Shown here: positions 1 through 8,652 of the stretch, one piece after another
Layout of the letters: every line of letters starts with the position of its first letter
Numbering within the stretch: the first letter of the stretch is position 1
NCBI GenBank assembly: GCA_902607435.1
Contig: CACLJX010000001.1
Coordinates: 151,289 to 215,288, forward strand
DNA: 64,000 bases
Direction of reading: 5' to 3'
Source: an uncultured Alphaproteobacteria bacterium
Lineage (GTDB): Bacteria; Pseudomonadota; Alphaproteobacteria; HIMB59; GCA-002718135
The notes under the pieces: generated by a model
The model's input: the letters and a program-made list of their open reading frames with translations, nothing else
Told to the model about the DNA's origin: nothing
Databases searched by the model: none
Translations under genes and position numbers: made by a program

Positions 1-1
1 T

Positions 2-1909
2 GAGCCAAACACTAATGAAACTTGGAAAGTTATAACAGATAAAGGTGAAATTATATGTGAACATGTTGTTTCGGCAACTGGAAATTTTGCAAGGCAAACG
101 GGAAGAATGGTAGGATTAGACATACCTGTTATTCCTGTTGAGCATCAATATATCGTAACAGAACCACATCCAGAGATTCAAAAAAGAAAAGAACAAGGTT
201 TGCCTGAGATGGGGGTACTAAGAGATTCTGATAGCTCTTGGTATATGCGTGAAGAAGCAGGAGGATTAATTTTAGGTCCATACGAGAAGGGTGCCCCAGC
301 ATGTTATGTAAATGGCCCTAGCAAAGATTCAGAATTTGAATTATTTCAAGAGGACTTAGACAGAATAGAAACTCATATACAATCAGCAATACATCGTGTT
401 CCAATTTTTGGGGAAGTAGGTGTTAAAAAAGTATATAATGGAGCTATTTGTTATACGCCTGATGGAAGTCCAATTGTTGGTCCAGCTTGGGATTTAAAAA
501 ATTTTTGGATTAATGAAGGGCATAGTTTTGGAATAACTGCTGCAGGAGGAGCTGGATGGCAATTAGGAGAGTGGATAGTAGATGGTGAACCAACAATTGA
601 TATGTTGGGCGTAGATCCTAGGCGTTTTGGTGATTATGCTACCCAAACTTATTTAATTAAAAAAAATGAAGAAGCTTATGCTAATGTTTTTACTATTCAT
701 TATCCTGATGAAGAAAGAAAAGCAGCCAGGCCTTTAAGACAAGCTCCGTGTTATGATCGATTAAAAGATCTTGGTGGAGTTTTTGGTCAAAAATTTGGAT
801 GGGAAAGGGCTAACTGGTTTGCTCCAAAAGGAGTGGAGCAAATAGATGATTGGTCATTTAGACGTTCTAAATGGTTCGAACACGTTGGTAATGAATGTAA
901 AAATGTTCAAGAAAATGTAGGTTTGCTTGATATGACGGCATTTGCTAAGTGTCGAATTTCTGGTCCTGGCGCTGAAGAATATTTAGATAATCTTGTAGCA
1001 AACAAATTACCAAGAAAAAATGGAAGAGTTAATCTTTGCCATGCCCTCAATACACAAGGAGGAGTACTTTCAGAATTTACAATAGCAAAAGAAAAACAAA
1101 ATTCATTTTACATAGTATCAGCAGGAGCTTTTCAAAGATTGGACCATGATTGGATGTTTAAGTGGATGCCAAATGATCGTTCTGTTAGTTTTGAAAATTT
1201 AACAAACAGTATAGGAGTTCTTGTGATTGCAGGTCCTAAGGCAAGAAAACTTATGCAAAAAGTTTCACCTTCTTCTAGTTTTTCAAATGAATCTTTTCCA
1301 TGGTTATCAGCAAAAAAAATTAATGTTAATTTAGCCTCTACAATTGCTATTAGAATGAATTTTGTAGGTGAATTAGGTTGGGAACTTCATCATCCTATAG
1401 AGTATCAAAATCATATTTTTGATGCTCTTATGGAAGCTGGAAAAGAATTTAATCTTAAACCTTTTGGTATAAGAGCAATGGATAGTCTTCGTATAGAAAA
1501 ATCATACAAATTAGTTGGCACAGAAATGTCAATTGAGTATGCAGCTATAGAATCAGGCTTAGATCGTTTTGTACATCTAAATAAAGGAAAATTTATTGGT
1601 AGAGAAGCTTTAGTGGAATGGCAACAAAGAGGTTTCAACAATCAGTTTGTTACACTAGAAGTGAAAGATGTAAAAGATGCTGATGCTTTAGGCAATAATC
1701 CCATATACAAAGATAACGAAGTAGTTGGACGTGCGACAGGAGGTAACTATGGTTTTCGAGTGCAAAAATCACTTGCTTTGGGTATGATTAAACCTGAATT
1801 CTCAAAAATAGGTACTCATTTATCAATGGATATTTTAGGTATGCGTCATAAAGTTGAAGTTATCGAAGATAGTCCTTATGATCCTGAAAATAAGATAATA
1901 AAAACCTAA
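2..1909 (+). CDS. Dimethylglycine/sarcosine dehydrogenase-family flavoenzyme; the 5' end lies outside the window
   Basis: Frame 2 is open from base 2 (EPNTNETWKVITDKGEIICEHVVSATGNFARQTGRMVGLD...), so the listed Met at 107 is internal. The C-terminal half looks like a GcvT-type folate-binding aminomethyltransferase domain (LLDMTAFAKCRISGPGAEEYL, FVGELGWELHHP, GIRAMDSLRIEKSY). etfB starts 1 nt downstream. Confidence 0.85.
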   Translation, partial: EPNTNETWKVITDKGEIICEHVVSATGNFARQTGRMVGLDIPVIPVEHQYIVTEPHPEIQKRKEQGLPEMGVLRDSDSSWYMREEAGGLILGPYEKGAPACYVNGPSKDSEFELFQEDLDRIETHIQSAIHRVPIFGEVGVKKVYNGAICYTPDGSPIVGPAWDLKNFWINEGHSFGITAAGGAGWQLGEWIVDGEPTIDMLGVDPRRFGDYATQTYLIKKNEEAYANVFTIHYPDEERKAARPLRQAPCYDRLKDLGGVFGQKFGWERANWFAPKGVEQIDDWSFRRSKWFEHVGNECKNVQENVGLLDMTAFAKCRISGPGAEEYLDNLVANKLPRKNGRVNLCHALNTQGGVLSEFTIAKEKQNSFYIVSAGAFQRLDHDWMFKWMPNDRSVSFENLTNSIGVLVIAGPKARKLMQKVSPSSSFSNESFPWLSAKKINVNLASTIAIRMNFVGELGWELHHPIEYQNHIFDALMEAGKEFNLKPFGIRAMDSLRIEKSYKLVGTEMSIEYAAIESGLDRFVHLNKGKFIGREALVEWQQRGFNNQFVTLEVKDVKDADALGNNPIYKDNEVVGRATGGNYGFRVQKSLALGMIKPEFSKIGTHLSMDILGMRHKVEVIEDSPYDPENKIIKT

Positions 1910-1910
1910 T

Positions 1911-2660
1911 ATGAAAATCTTAGTCGCAGTAAAAAGAGTTATTGATTACAATGTACAAATTCGAGTTAAAGCTGATAGCAGTGGAGTTGAAACAGAAAAT
2001 GTTAAGATGTCAATGAATCCCCCTGATGAAAATGCTGTAGAAGAAGCACTTCGTATTAAAGAAGCAGGTAAAGCTGAAGAAGTTATAATTGTTTCAATAG
2101 GCGAAGAAAAATCCAAAGAAACAATAAGAACAGCCCTAGCAATGGGTGCTGATAGAGGAGTTTTTGTAAATACACCAGCCAATATAGAACCACTAGCTGT
2201 AGCTAAAATTTTACAAAAAATTGTTGTAAAAGAGAGTCCAAGTATTGTTTTAATGGGTAAACAAGCAATCGATGATGATTGTAATCAAACAGGCCAAATG
2301 TTATCAGCTTTGCTTGGCTGGTCTCAAGGGACATTTATTTCAAAAATAGAAGTAGGGGATAATATAGCTTTGATCACACGAGAAATTGATGAAGGACTTG
2401 AAATGTTAAAACTTAATTTACCTACAATTATAACTTGTGACTTACGATTAAATGAACCTCGTTACGCTTCACTCCCAAACATTATGAAAGCGAAGAAAAA
2501 ACCAATTGAAGAATTGAGTCAGGAAGATTTTGGTATTGATATATCTCCACGAATAAAACAATTAAAAGTTGAAGAGCCCCCAAAAAGAGAAAAAGGTATG
2601 ATGGTTAAAGATGTTGCTGAATTAGTACAAAAATTGAAACATGAGGCAAAAGTTATTTAA
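1911..2660 (+). CDS. etfB: Electron transfer flavoprotein beta subunit
   Basis: 249 aa. N-terminus MKILVAVKRVIDYNVQIRV and overall ETF-beta pattern. Its stop overlaps the etfA start (TAATG). Confidence 0.95.
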   Translation: MKILVAVKRVIDYNVQIRVKADSSGVETENVKMSMNPPDENAVEEALRIKEAGKAEEVIIVSIGEEKSKETIRTALAMGADRGVFVNTPANIEPLAVAKILQKIVVKESPSIVLMGKQAIDDDCNQTGQMLSALLGWSQGTFISKIEVGDNIALITREIDEGLEMLKLNLPTIITCDLRLNEPRYASLPNIMKAKKKPIEELSQEDFGIDISPRIKQLKVEEPPKREKGMMVKDVAELVQKLKHEAKVI

Positions 2661-3613
2661 TGAGTGTTTTAGTAGTATCAGAGAATTCAAATAAAGAACT
2701 TAAATCAACAACACTTAATTGTATTACCGCAGCAAAAAAAATTAGTGATAAGATACATGTAGTTGTTATAGGTAATGAATGTGAGGATGTTGCTAAACAA
2801 GCAGCTTTGGTCGAAAATGTTAAAAAAGTATTATATTTAGATGACCCACAATATGAAAATCCAATAGCAGAAAACATTGCTTCAGTAGTTGCGAATCTTT
2901 CTGAGAGTTATACGCATGTAATAACGCCCGCGTCAACTTTTGGAAAAAATTTTATGCCCCGTGTTGCTGCATTACTAGATCTTTCACAAATAAGCGATAT
3001 AATTAAAATTGAAAATGAAGATACTTTTATTCGTCCAATTTATGCAGGTAATGCATTTGCAACTGTTCAATCAAAAGACATTAAAAAAATAATTACTATT
3101 CGTCCAACTTCTTTTGATGCAGCTTTAGCTGAAGGTGGAAATGCTAACATTGAAAAGATTTCATTTAATGTAGAAGAAGCATCAGTGGAGTTTGTTGGAA
3201 GAGAAGAATCAAAATCTGATCGACCAGAATTAGGAACAGCAAGAGTTGTTATTTCAGGTGGTCGAGGTCTACAAAGCTCTGAAAACTTCTCTATGATAAA
3301 TGAAATTGCTGATAAACTTAATGCTGCTGTGGGAGCTTCTCGGGCAGCAGTTGATGCAGGATATGTTAGCAATGATTATCAAGTTGGACAAACTGGCAAA
3401 GTAGTTGTGCCTGATTTATATATTGCCGTGGGTATTTCGGGCGCTATACAACATTTAGCTGGAATGAAAGAAAGCAAAATAATTGTTGCAATTAATAAAG
3501 ATGAAGAAGCGCCTATATTTAATGTAGCAGATTATGGTTTAAATGCTGATTTATTTGAAGCTCTCCCTCTACTATCTGCTGAATTAGATAAATTAAATAC
3601 TATTCAGAAATAA
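2660..3613 (+). CDS. etfA: Electron transfer flavoprotein alpha subunit
   Basis: 317 aa. C-terminal FAD-binding ETF-alpha block ([43 protein letters not shown]). Confidence 0.95.
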   Translation: MSVLVVSENSNKELKSTTLNCITAAKKISDKIHVVVIGNECEDVAKQAALVENVKKVLYLDDPQYENPIAENIASVVANLSESYTHVITPASTFGKNFMPRVAALLDLSQISDIIKIENEDTFIRPIYAGNAFATVQSKDIKKIITIRPTSFDAALAEGGNANIEKISFNVEEASVEFVGREESKSDRPELGTARVVISGGRGLQSSENFSMINEIADKLNAAVGASRAAVDAGYVSNDYQVGQTGKVVVPDLYIAVGISGAIQHLAGMKESKIIVAINKDEEAPIFNVADYGLNADLFEALPLLSAELDKLNTIQK

Positions 3614-3635
3614 TTTTTTCTTCTACAATATTATA

Positions 3636-5273
3636 ATGAAACAATCAGTATCTAGAGAAATAATGGACTATGATGTAGTTATTATAGGAGCCGGTCCTGC
3701 TGGACTAAGTACAGCTATAAGATTAAAACAAGTTGATCCTGATGTGTCAGTTTGCATTTTAGAAAAAGGTGCGGAAATTGGAGCACATATATTAAGTGGT
3801 AATGTTTTTGAAACACGAGCACTTGATGAACTCATTCCAGATTGGAAAGCTAAAAAGGCACCAATTAAAACAAAAGTTACAAAAGAAAAATTTTTATTTT
3901 TATCCAAAAACTCATCAATAAGTTGGCCTACTTGGCTTTTACCTTCTGTTCAAAAAAATCATAATAACTATATTATTAGTTTAGCTAATTTGTGCAGGTG
4001 GCTTGGAGAACAAGCTGAAGCACTTGGGGTTGAAATATTCCCTGGATTTCCTGCAAGTAAAATTTTGTATCATAAAGATGGATCAGTAAAGGGAGTCCAG
4101 ACTGGTGATATGGGCATAAATAAAGAAGGAAATCAAAAGGATAATTTTGAACCAGGTATTGAATTACATGCGAAAGTTACTGTTTTTGCAGAAGGTTGTA
4201 GGGGGCATTTGGGTAAGCAATTAATAAAAAATTTCAATTTAAATCAAGGGAAGTCTCCACAACAATATGGTATCGGATTTAAGGAAATATGGGAAATTGA
4301 TCCCAGTCAACATTATGAAGGACAAGTTATACATACTGTAGGTTGGCCACTAGATAATAACACATATGGAGGCAGTTTTTGTTATCATGCGGAAAATAAT
4401 CAAGTGTATATAGGTTATGTTATTGGTTTGAATTATAAAAATCCACATCTTTCTCCATATGATGAATTTCAAAGATTTAAAACACATGCAATAATTAGAA
4501 AAATATTAAAAGGAGGAAAGAGAGTATCTTATGGAGCTAGAGCACTTATTGAAGGAGGATTACAAAGTTTGCCAAAAATGAATATGCCTGGTGCCTTACT
4601 TGTAGGATGTGATGCAGGGACTCTCAATATGCCTAAAATTAAAGGCTCACATACAGCAATGAAAAGTGGCATGATTGCCGCTGAGACTATCATTGATTAT
4701 TTTTCTAATAACAAGCAATTATCTTCATACGAAAAAAAGTTTAAAAAATCGTGGCTTTATGATGAATTATATAGATCTAGAAATGTTAAGCCTAGTTTTG
4801 ACTGGGGCTTAATTCCTGCTATTATTTTCACCGGTATTGATCAAATATTTTTTCGTGGATATTTTCCATTTACTTTTAAACACAAACATGCTGATCACGA
4901 AACTTTATTACCTGCAAACAAAATGCCAAAAATTAATTATCCAAAATATGATGGTGTTTTAACTTTCGATAAAACAAGTTCTGTATATTTGACTGGAACT
5001 AATCATGTAGATGATCAACCAGTTCATTTACAATTAAAAAATTCTAATTTGCCCATTGAGTATACTCTTGAAAAATATAATGAACCATCGCAATTATATT
5101 GCCCAGTAGGGGTATATGAAGTTCAAAGAGATAGTGATGGTTCTAATCCTAAATTTATAATTAATTCACAAAATTGTATTCATTGTAAAACGTGTGATAT
5201 AAAAGAACCTTCTCAAAATATTAATTGGGTTACTCCTGAAGGAAGTGGTGGACCAAATTATTCAAATATGTAA
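3636..5273 (+). CDS. Electron transfer flavoprotein-ubiquinone oxidoreductase (ETF-QO)
   Basis: 545 aa. Has an FAD dinucleotide fold (DVVIIGAGPAGLS), a C-terminal ferredoxin-like CIHCKTCDIKEP motif and a PEGSGGPNY tail typical of ETF-QO. Confidence 0.9.
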   Translation: MKQSVSREIMDYDVVIIGAGPAGLSTAIRLKQVDPDVSVCILEKGAEIGAHILSGNVFETRALDELIPDWKAKKAPIKTKVTKEKFLFLSKNSSISWPTWLLPSVQKNHNNYIISLANLCRWLGEQAEALGVEIFPGFPASKILYHKDGSVKGVQTGDMGINKEGNQKDNFEPGIELHAKVTVFAEGCRGHLGKQLIKNFNLNQGKSPQQYGIGFKEIWEIDPSQHYEGQVIHTVGWPLDNNTYGGSFCYHAENNQVYIGYVIGLNYKNPHLSPYDEFQRFKTHAIIRKILKGGKRVSYGARALIEGGLQSLPKMNMPGALLVGCDAGTLNMPKIKGSHTAMKSGMIAAETIIDYFSNNKQLSSYEKKFKKSWLYDELYRSRNVKPSFDWGLIPAIIFTGIDQIFFRGYFPFTFKHKHADHETLLPANKMPKINYPKYDGVLTFDKTSSVYLTGTNHVDDQPVHLQLKNSNLPIEYTLEKYNEPSQLYCPVGVYEVQRDSDGSNPKFIINSQNCIHCKTCDIKEPSQNINWVTPEGSGGPNYSNM

Positions 5274-5285
5274 TAAAATAATAGT

Positions 5286-6257
5286 ATGCAAAAAATATTT
5301 TTAGATCGAAATTTGGCTTTAGAAGCAGTTAGGGTTACTGAAGCTGCAGCTCTTTCAAGTTCGTTGTTTATGGGACGGGGTGATGAAAAAGCAGCTGATC
5401 AGGCAGCTGTGAATGCGATGCGAGAATTTCTTAACAATTTATCTATTGAAGGTAAGGTAGTTATTGGCGAAGGAGAAAGAGATAAAGCACCTATGCTATA
5501 TATAGGAGAAAAAGTAGGCAGAGGTGGACCAAAAGTAGACATTGCTTTAGACCCTTTAGAAGGCACAACAATCACAGCCCAAGGAGGAGAAAATGCTTTA
5601 TCGGTTTTGGCAATGGCAGAAGAAGGAGGCTTTTTACATTCCCCAGATATTTATATGCAAAAAATTGCATATGGTAAAAAGTATGAAGGATTAGATATAG
5701 ATCCTGAATCTCCGGCTAATATAATTATTGAAAATTTTTCAAATTATTCTGGCATTAAAGTTGAAAATATTGTGGTGTGTATTTTAGATCGACCGCGACA
5801 CAGAGATTTAATTGAACTAGTCAGAACAACAGGAGCTCGTATAAAATTAATTTCTGATGGAGATGTAAGTGCTGTAATTGCAACAACATTCGAAGATAGC
5901 GGTGTTGATTTATATATGGGAGCTGGAGGCTCTCCGGAAGGCGTATTAGCTGCCGCTGCTCTAAGGTGTTTGGGAGGCGTCATGTATGGTAAGTTAATTT
6001 TTTCTAATCAAGAAGAAAAAAAACGTGCTCAAGCTATGGGAATTAAAGATTTAAATAAAATTTATAAAACTCAGGATTTAGCTAGAGGCGAAGTTATGTT
6101 CGCTGCAACTGGGGTGACAGATGGGACATTGTTAAAGGGCGTGTTAATTAAAAATGATATAGCAACTACTCAATCAGTGGTAATGCGTTCTAAAACTAAA
6201 ACACTTAGATATGTAACGGCTAGTCATAATCTTAATATTAAAACTATTATTAAATAA
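5286..6257 (+). CDS. glpX: Fructose-1,6-bisphosphatase class II (GlpX type)
   Basis: 323 aa. GlpX-family blocks are present: LEAVRVTEAAAL, GRGDEKAADQAAV, DPLEGTT, GAGGSPEGVLAAAALRCLGG. Confidence 0.9.
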   Translation: MQKIFLDRNLALEAVRVTEAAALSSSLFMGRGDEKAADQAAVNAMREFLNNLSIEGKVVIGEGERDKAPMLYIGEKVGRGGPKVDIALDPLEGTTITAQGGENALSVLAMAEEGGFLHSPDIYMQKIAYGKKYEGLDIDPESPANIIIENFSNYSGIKVENIVVCILDRPRHRDLIELVRTTGARIKLISDGDVSAVIATTFEDSGVDLYMGAGGSPEGVLAAAALRCLGGVMYGKLIFSNQEEKKRAQAMGIKDLNKIYKTQDLARGEVMFAATGVTDGTLLKGVLIKNDIATTQSVVMRSKTKTLRYVTASHNLNIKTIIK

Positions 6258-6415
6258 AAAAAATAGGTTTCTAAACTCTAAATTCTTTAGATTTGTTTTT
6301 ATTAGCAGTTAAATACTTATTATTAAATATACACATTCTCCTAATTTTTAAATTAAAACATAATTTTAACAAATAAATTATTTATATTTTCTATATTCTG
6401 CTTTAGATAAATATT

Positions 6416-7057
6416 ATGACAAATGGATATGTTGGGCAAAAAGCTAAAAAGCGTACACGTAAAAAATATCTTTTTTTAATATTTTTTATTTTAATAGTTT
6501 TTTTAATTTATATTTCTTTTCAGGAATTTAATTCAGAGGTGTCTAATAAAGAAATTATCAAAGTTGAAGAAGAAAATATACCTTTTGAAGATCAGAGTTT
6601 TCAATTAAAAAAATTAGAAACAACTATTATTGAATATAAACAAAGAATTCAATTACGAGATCAGTTAATTGTATCAATAAAAGAACAATTAGTAGCTTTA
6701 GAAAAAAGTAATTCTGAATTAATTGAGTCTATTAAAATGCTGAATTTAGAAAAAAATAATAATAATATTAGCTTAGAAAATCTTCAACAAAGAATTAAAG
6801 AACTTAAAAAGCAAACACAAAAACAAAATGATACAATAGTGTTATCTGAAGAAAAAAAAATGGAACTAAGCAATAAAATTATAAATTTAAATAATGAAAT
6901 ACAAATGTTGAATAATAATGTTAGAATAATAAATAATAAAATTAATGAGATTATTCTGCAAAAAAATGATCTCTTAAGTCAAGTGGATAGTTTAAATAAT
7001 AATATTGTTGAAAGAGATGAGATAATAAAGAATTTAAAAGATAAAATACATCATTAA
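6416..7057 (+). CDS. Membrane-anchored coiled-coil protein of unknown function
   Basis: 213 aa. Basic N-terminus, one hydrophobic helix (YLFLIFFILIVFLIYISF), then about 170 aa of heptad-like, N/K/E/I/L-rich sequence. No enzymatic motif recognised. Confidence 0.6.
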   Translation: MTNGYVGQKAKKRTRKKYLFLIFFILIVFLIYISFQEFNSEVSNKEIIKVEEENIPFEDQSFQLKKLETTIIEYKQRIQLRDQLIVSIKEQLVALEKSNSELIESIKMLNLEKNNNNISLENLQQRIKELKKQTQKQNDTIVLSEEKKMELSNKIINLNNEIQMLNNNVRIINNKINEIILQKNDLLSQVDSLNNNIVERDEIIKNLKDKIHH

Positions 7058-7065
7058 ATTTATAA

Positions 7066-7518
7066 CTATTTAGTATCTTTTTTTTCTGTGGTTGCTTGAA
7101 GGGGAGTTGCAACAACATCGCTTATTTTTTTTATCTTATCTAGAGATTTAACATCTCCTTTAATTTTTCCACCTAGCTTAATTTGCAATTCTTGATATTC
7201 GATATTGCCTGAAATTTCTCCTTGATCTTGAACAGTTAGCGTTCCATGAACTTTTATTTCACCTTCAACTTTGCCCCATACATCTAGATTATCGCTTGTA
7301 ATATTACCTTTAAGATTTCCTGTCCCACCTACAAATAAATTTTTAGTTTCAACTGTTATATCTGCATTGCCATCTATTTGTACTTCGTCGGCATCAGTTA
7401 ATTCTCCTTTAATCTTTACGCCATTGCCTATGATTGCTTTGGCTGAGCCTTTAGAGGATCGAAAAGGATTATTAGTGATATTTAATTCATTTTCATTATT
7501 TGTTTTTTTATCAAACAT
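7066..7518 (-). CDS. Bactofilin-family cytoskeletal protein (DUF583)
   Basis: 150 aa. Repeated beta-helix pattern typical of bactofilins (IIGNGVKIKGELT..VQIDGNADITV..LFVGGTGNLKGNITSDNLDVWGKVEGEIKVHGTLTV..GEISGNIEYQELQIKLGGKIKGDV). Confidence 0.85.
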   Translation of the reverse strand: MFDKKTNNENELNITNNPFRSSKGSAKAIIGNGVKIKGELTDADEVQIDGNADITVETKNLFVGGTGNLKGNITSDNLDVWGKVEGEIKVHGTLTVQDQGEISGNIEYQELQIKLGGKIKGDVKSLDKIKKISDVVATPLQATTEKKDTK

Positions 7519-7613
7519 TTCATGTAATCTAGCAGAAAATAATATATATGTATAATTAATTTTATAAATTTTTTTAAACAGAAATAAGAAATATTTTTAT
7601 TGTTAATTTTCTT

Positions 7614-8105
7614 TTATTTTTTCTTACTTTTTCTAAATATATATGGTTCTTGAAATTGACCTTGCCAAATACCCATCTTGTTTTTTTTTGCTAAATTTTC
7701 GGCTTTAACAAAATCTAAAGAGTAATAGCGATAAGCAATAGCCCATCCATTATGAACCATGTACTGGTTAATATTTTGATTCTCCAAAAAACAAGTTCCA
7801 ACAAACCTTTTATATTTATCTATATCAATTATTTTACAATGCACTTTTTTTTCTAAAATAAAATTTTTTAATGCTATTTTTGATTCAATACCGCAATTCC
7901 ATATTTTATTGTCTATGGTGCAGGTTTGATTGATTTCTGGTGCATCTATTCCATGTAATCTAATTTTATTTTTACCTATATGAATTGTATCACCATCAAT
8001 AATTTTTGGTTTTCCCACTATAGTATTTTCGGAAAAAGAGTTAAAACTATAAAGACATAAACAAAAAAAAAATAAAAATTTATAAATCAAGATTTTTTGT
8101 TCCAT
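7614..8105 (-). CDS. Secreted staphylococcal-nuclease-like (thermonuclease/SNase) protein
   Basis: SNase-like blocks (VIDGDTI.., IRLHGIDAPE, NGWAIAYRYYS) follow a signal-peptide-like N-terminus (MEQKILIYKFLFFFCLCLYSFNSFS). I chose the start at the second Met (8105) rather than the ORF-track start (8135). Either start overlaps the 3' end of soxG. Confidence 0.75.
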   Translation of the reverse strand: MEQKILIYKFLFFFCLCLYSFNSFSENTIVGKPKIIDGDTIHIGKNKIRLHGIDAPEINQTCTIDNKIWNCGIESKIALKNFILEKKVHCKIIDIDKYKRFVGTCFLENQNINQYMVHNGWAIAYRYYSLDFVKAENLAKKNKMGIWQGQFQEPYIFRKSKKK

Positions 8106-8652
8106 CCACAAGAAGATTGTAAATATAATTTGCATAAGATCTATTTACAAATATATCGATTTCTGGAGTTTGAGAATCGCTATTGTTTCTAACTAAAAGT
8201 ATTGGCACTTTTACAAATAATGTTTGAGCACAAGATGTTTGAGTAGATAAATTTTTTTCTAAATCTAAAACTAGAAATTTGGATAAAAGAATAATAATCT
8301 CTTTTCCTGAAATGCGAATAATAGTTCTATTTTCTGATACGTCTGTTACACTTGCGTCAAGATTTCCTAATTCATTTTTTAACCTAATAAATAATTCATT
8401 TTCTTGATCACTAATAATCATCCATTCATCTGGACCTAACCAAATAATTTTAAATTTTTCATTTTTTACATAAGTATTAGCCTTGGTAGGCAATATAGCA
8501 CCAAGAATTTTGCTACAAGCAGACATATAATCATTGTTATTTGGGTCAATGCGTAAATTTATTTTATTAACATAAGGTAACTCTTGAAATTGAATTTCAA
8601 AATGCTCTATAATATTATTGATAGAGTGAATTGTTTTTTCTCTATTTAACAT
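8080..8652 (-). CDS. soxG: Sarcosine oxidase gamma subunit
   Basis: 190 aa, directly after soxA (1-nt overlap). Size and position fit the heterotetrameric soxBDAG operon. Sequence identity was not independently checked. Confidence 0.75.
   Translation of the reverse strand: MLNREKTIHSINNIIEHFEIQFQELPYVNKINLRIDPNNNDYMSACSKILGAILPTKANTYVKNEKFKIIWLGPDEWMIISDQENELFIRLKNELGNLDASVTDVSENRTIIRISGKEIIILLSKFLVLDLEKNLSTQTSCAQTLFVKVPILLVRNNSDSQTPEIDIFVNRSYANYIYNLLVDGTKNLDL

Noticed and set aside
6277-6300. A hairpin-plus-T-tract after glpX: tctaaa-ttc-tttaga followed by tttgttttt.
   Set aside because: The stem is only 6 bp with a single G-C pair and a 3-nt loop. That is too weak to call a terminator with confidence, although its position (20 nt after the stop) is right.
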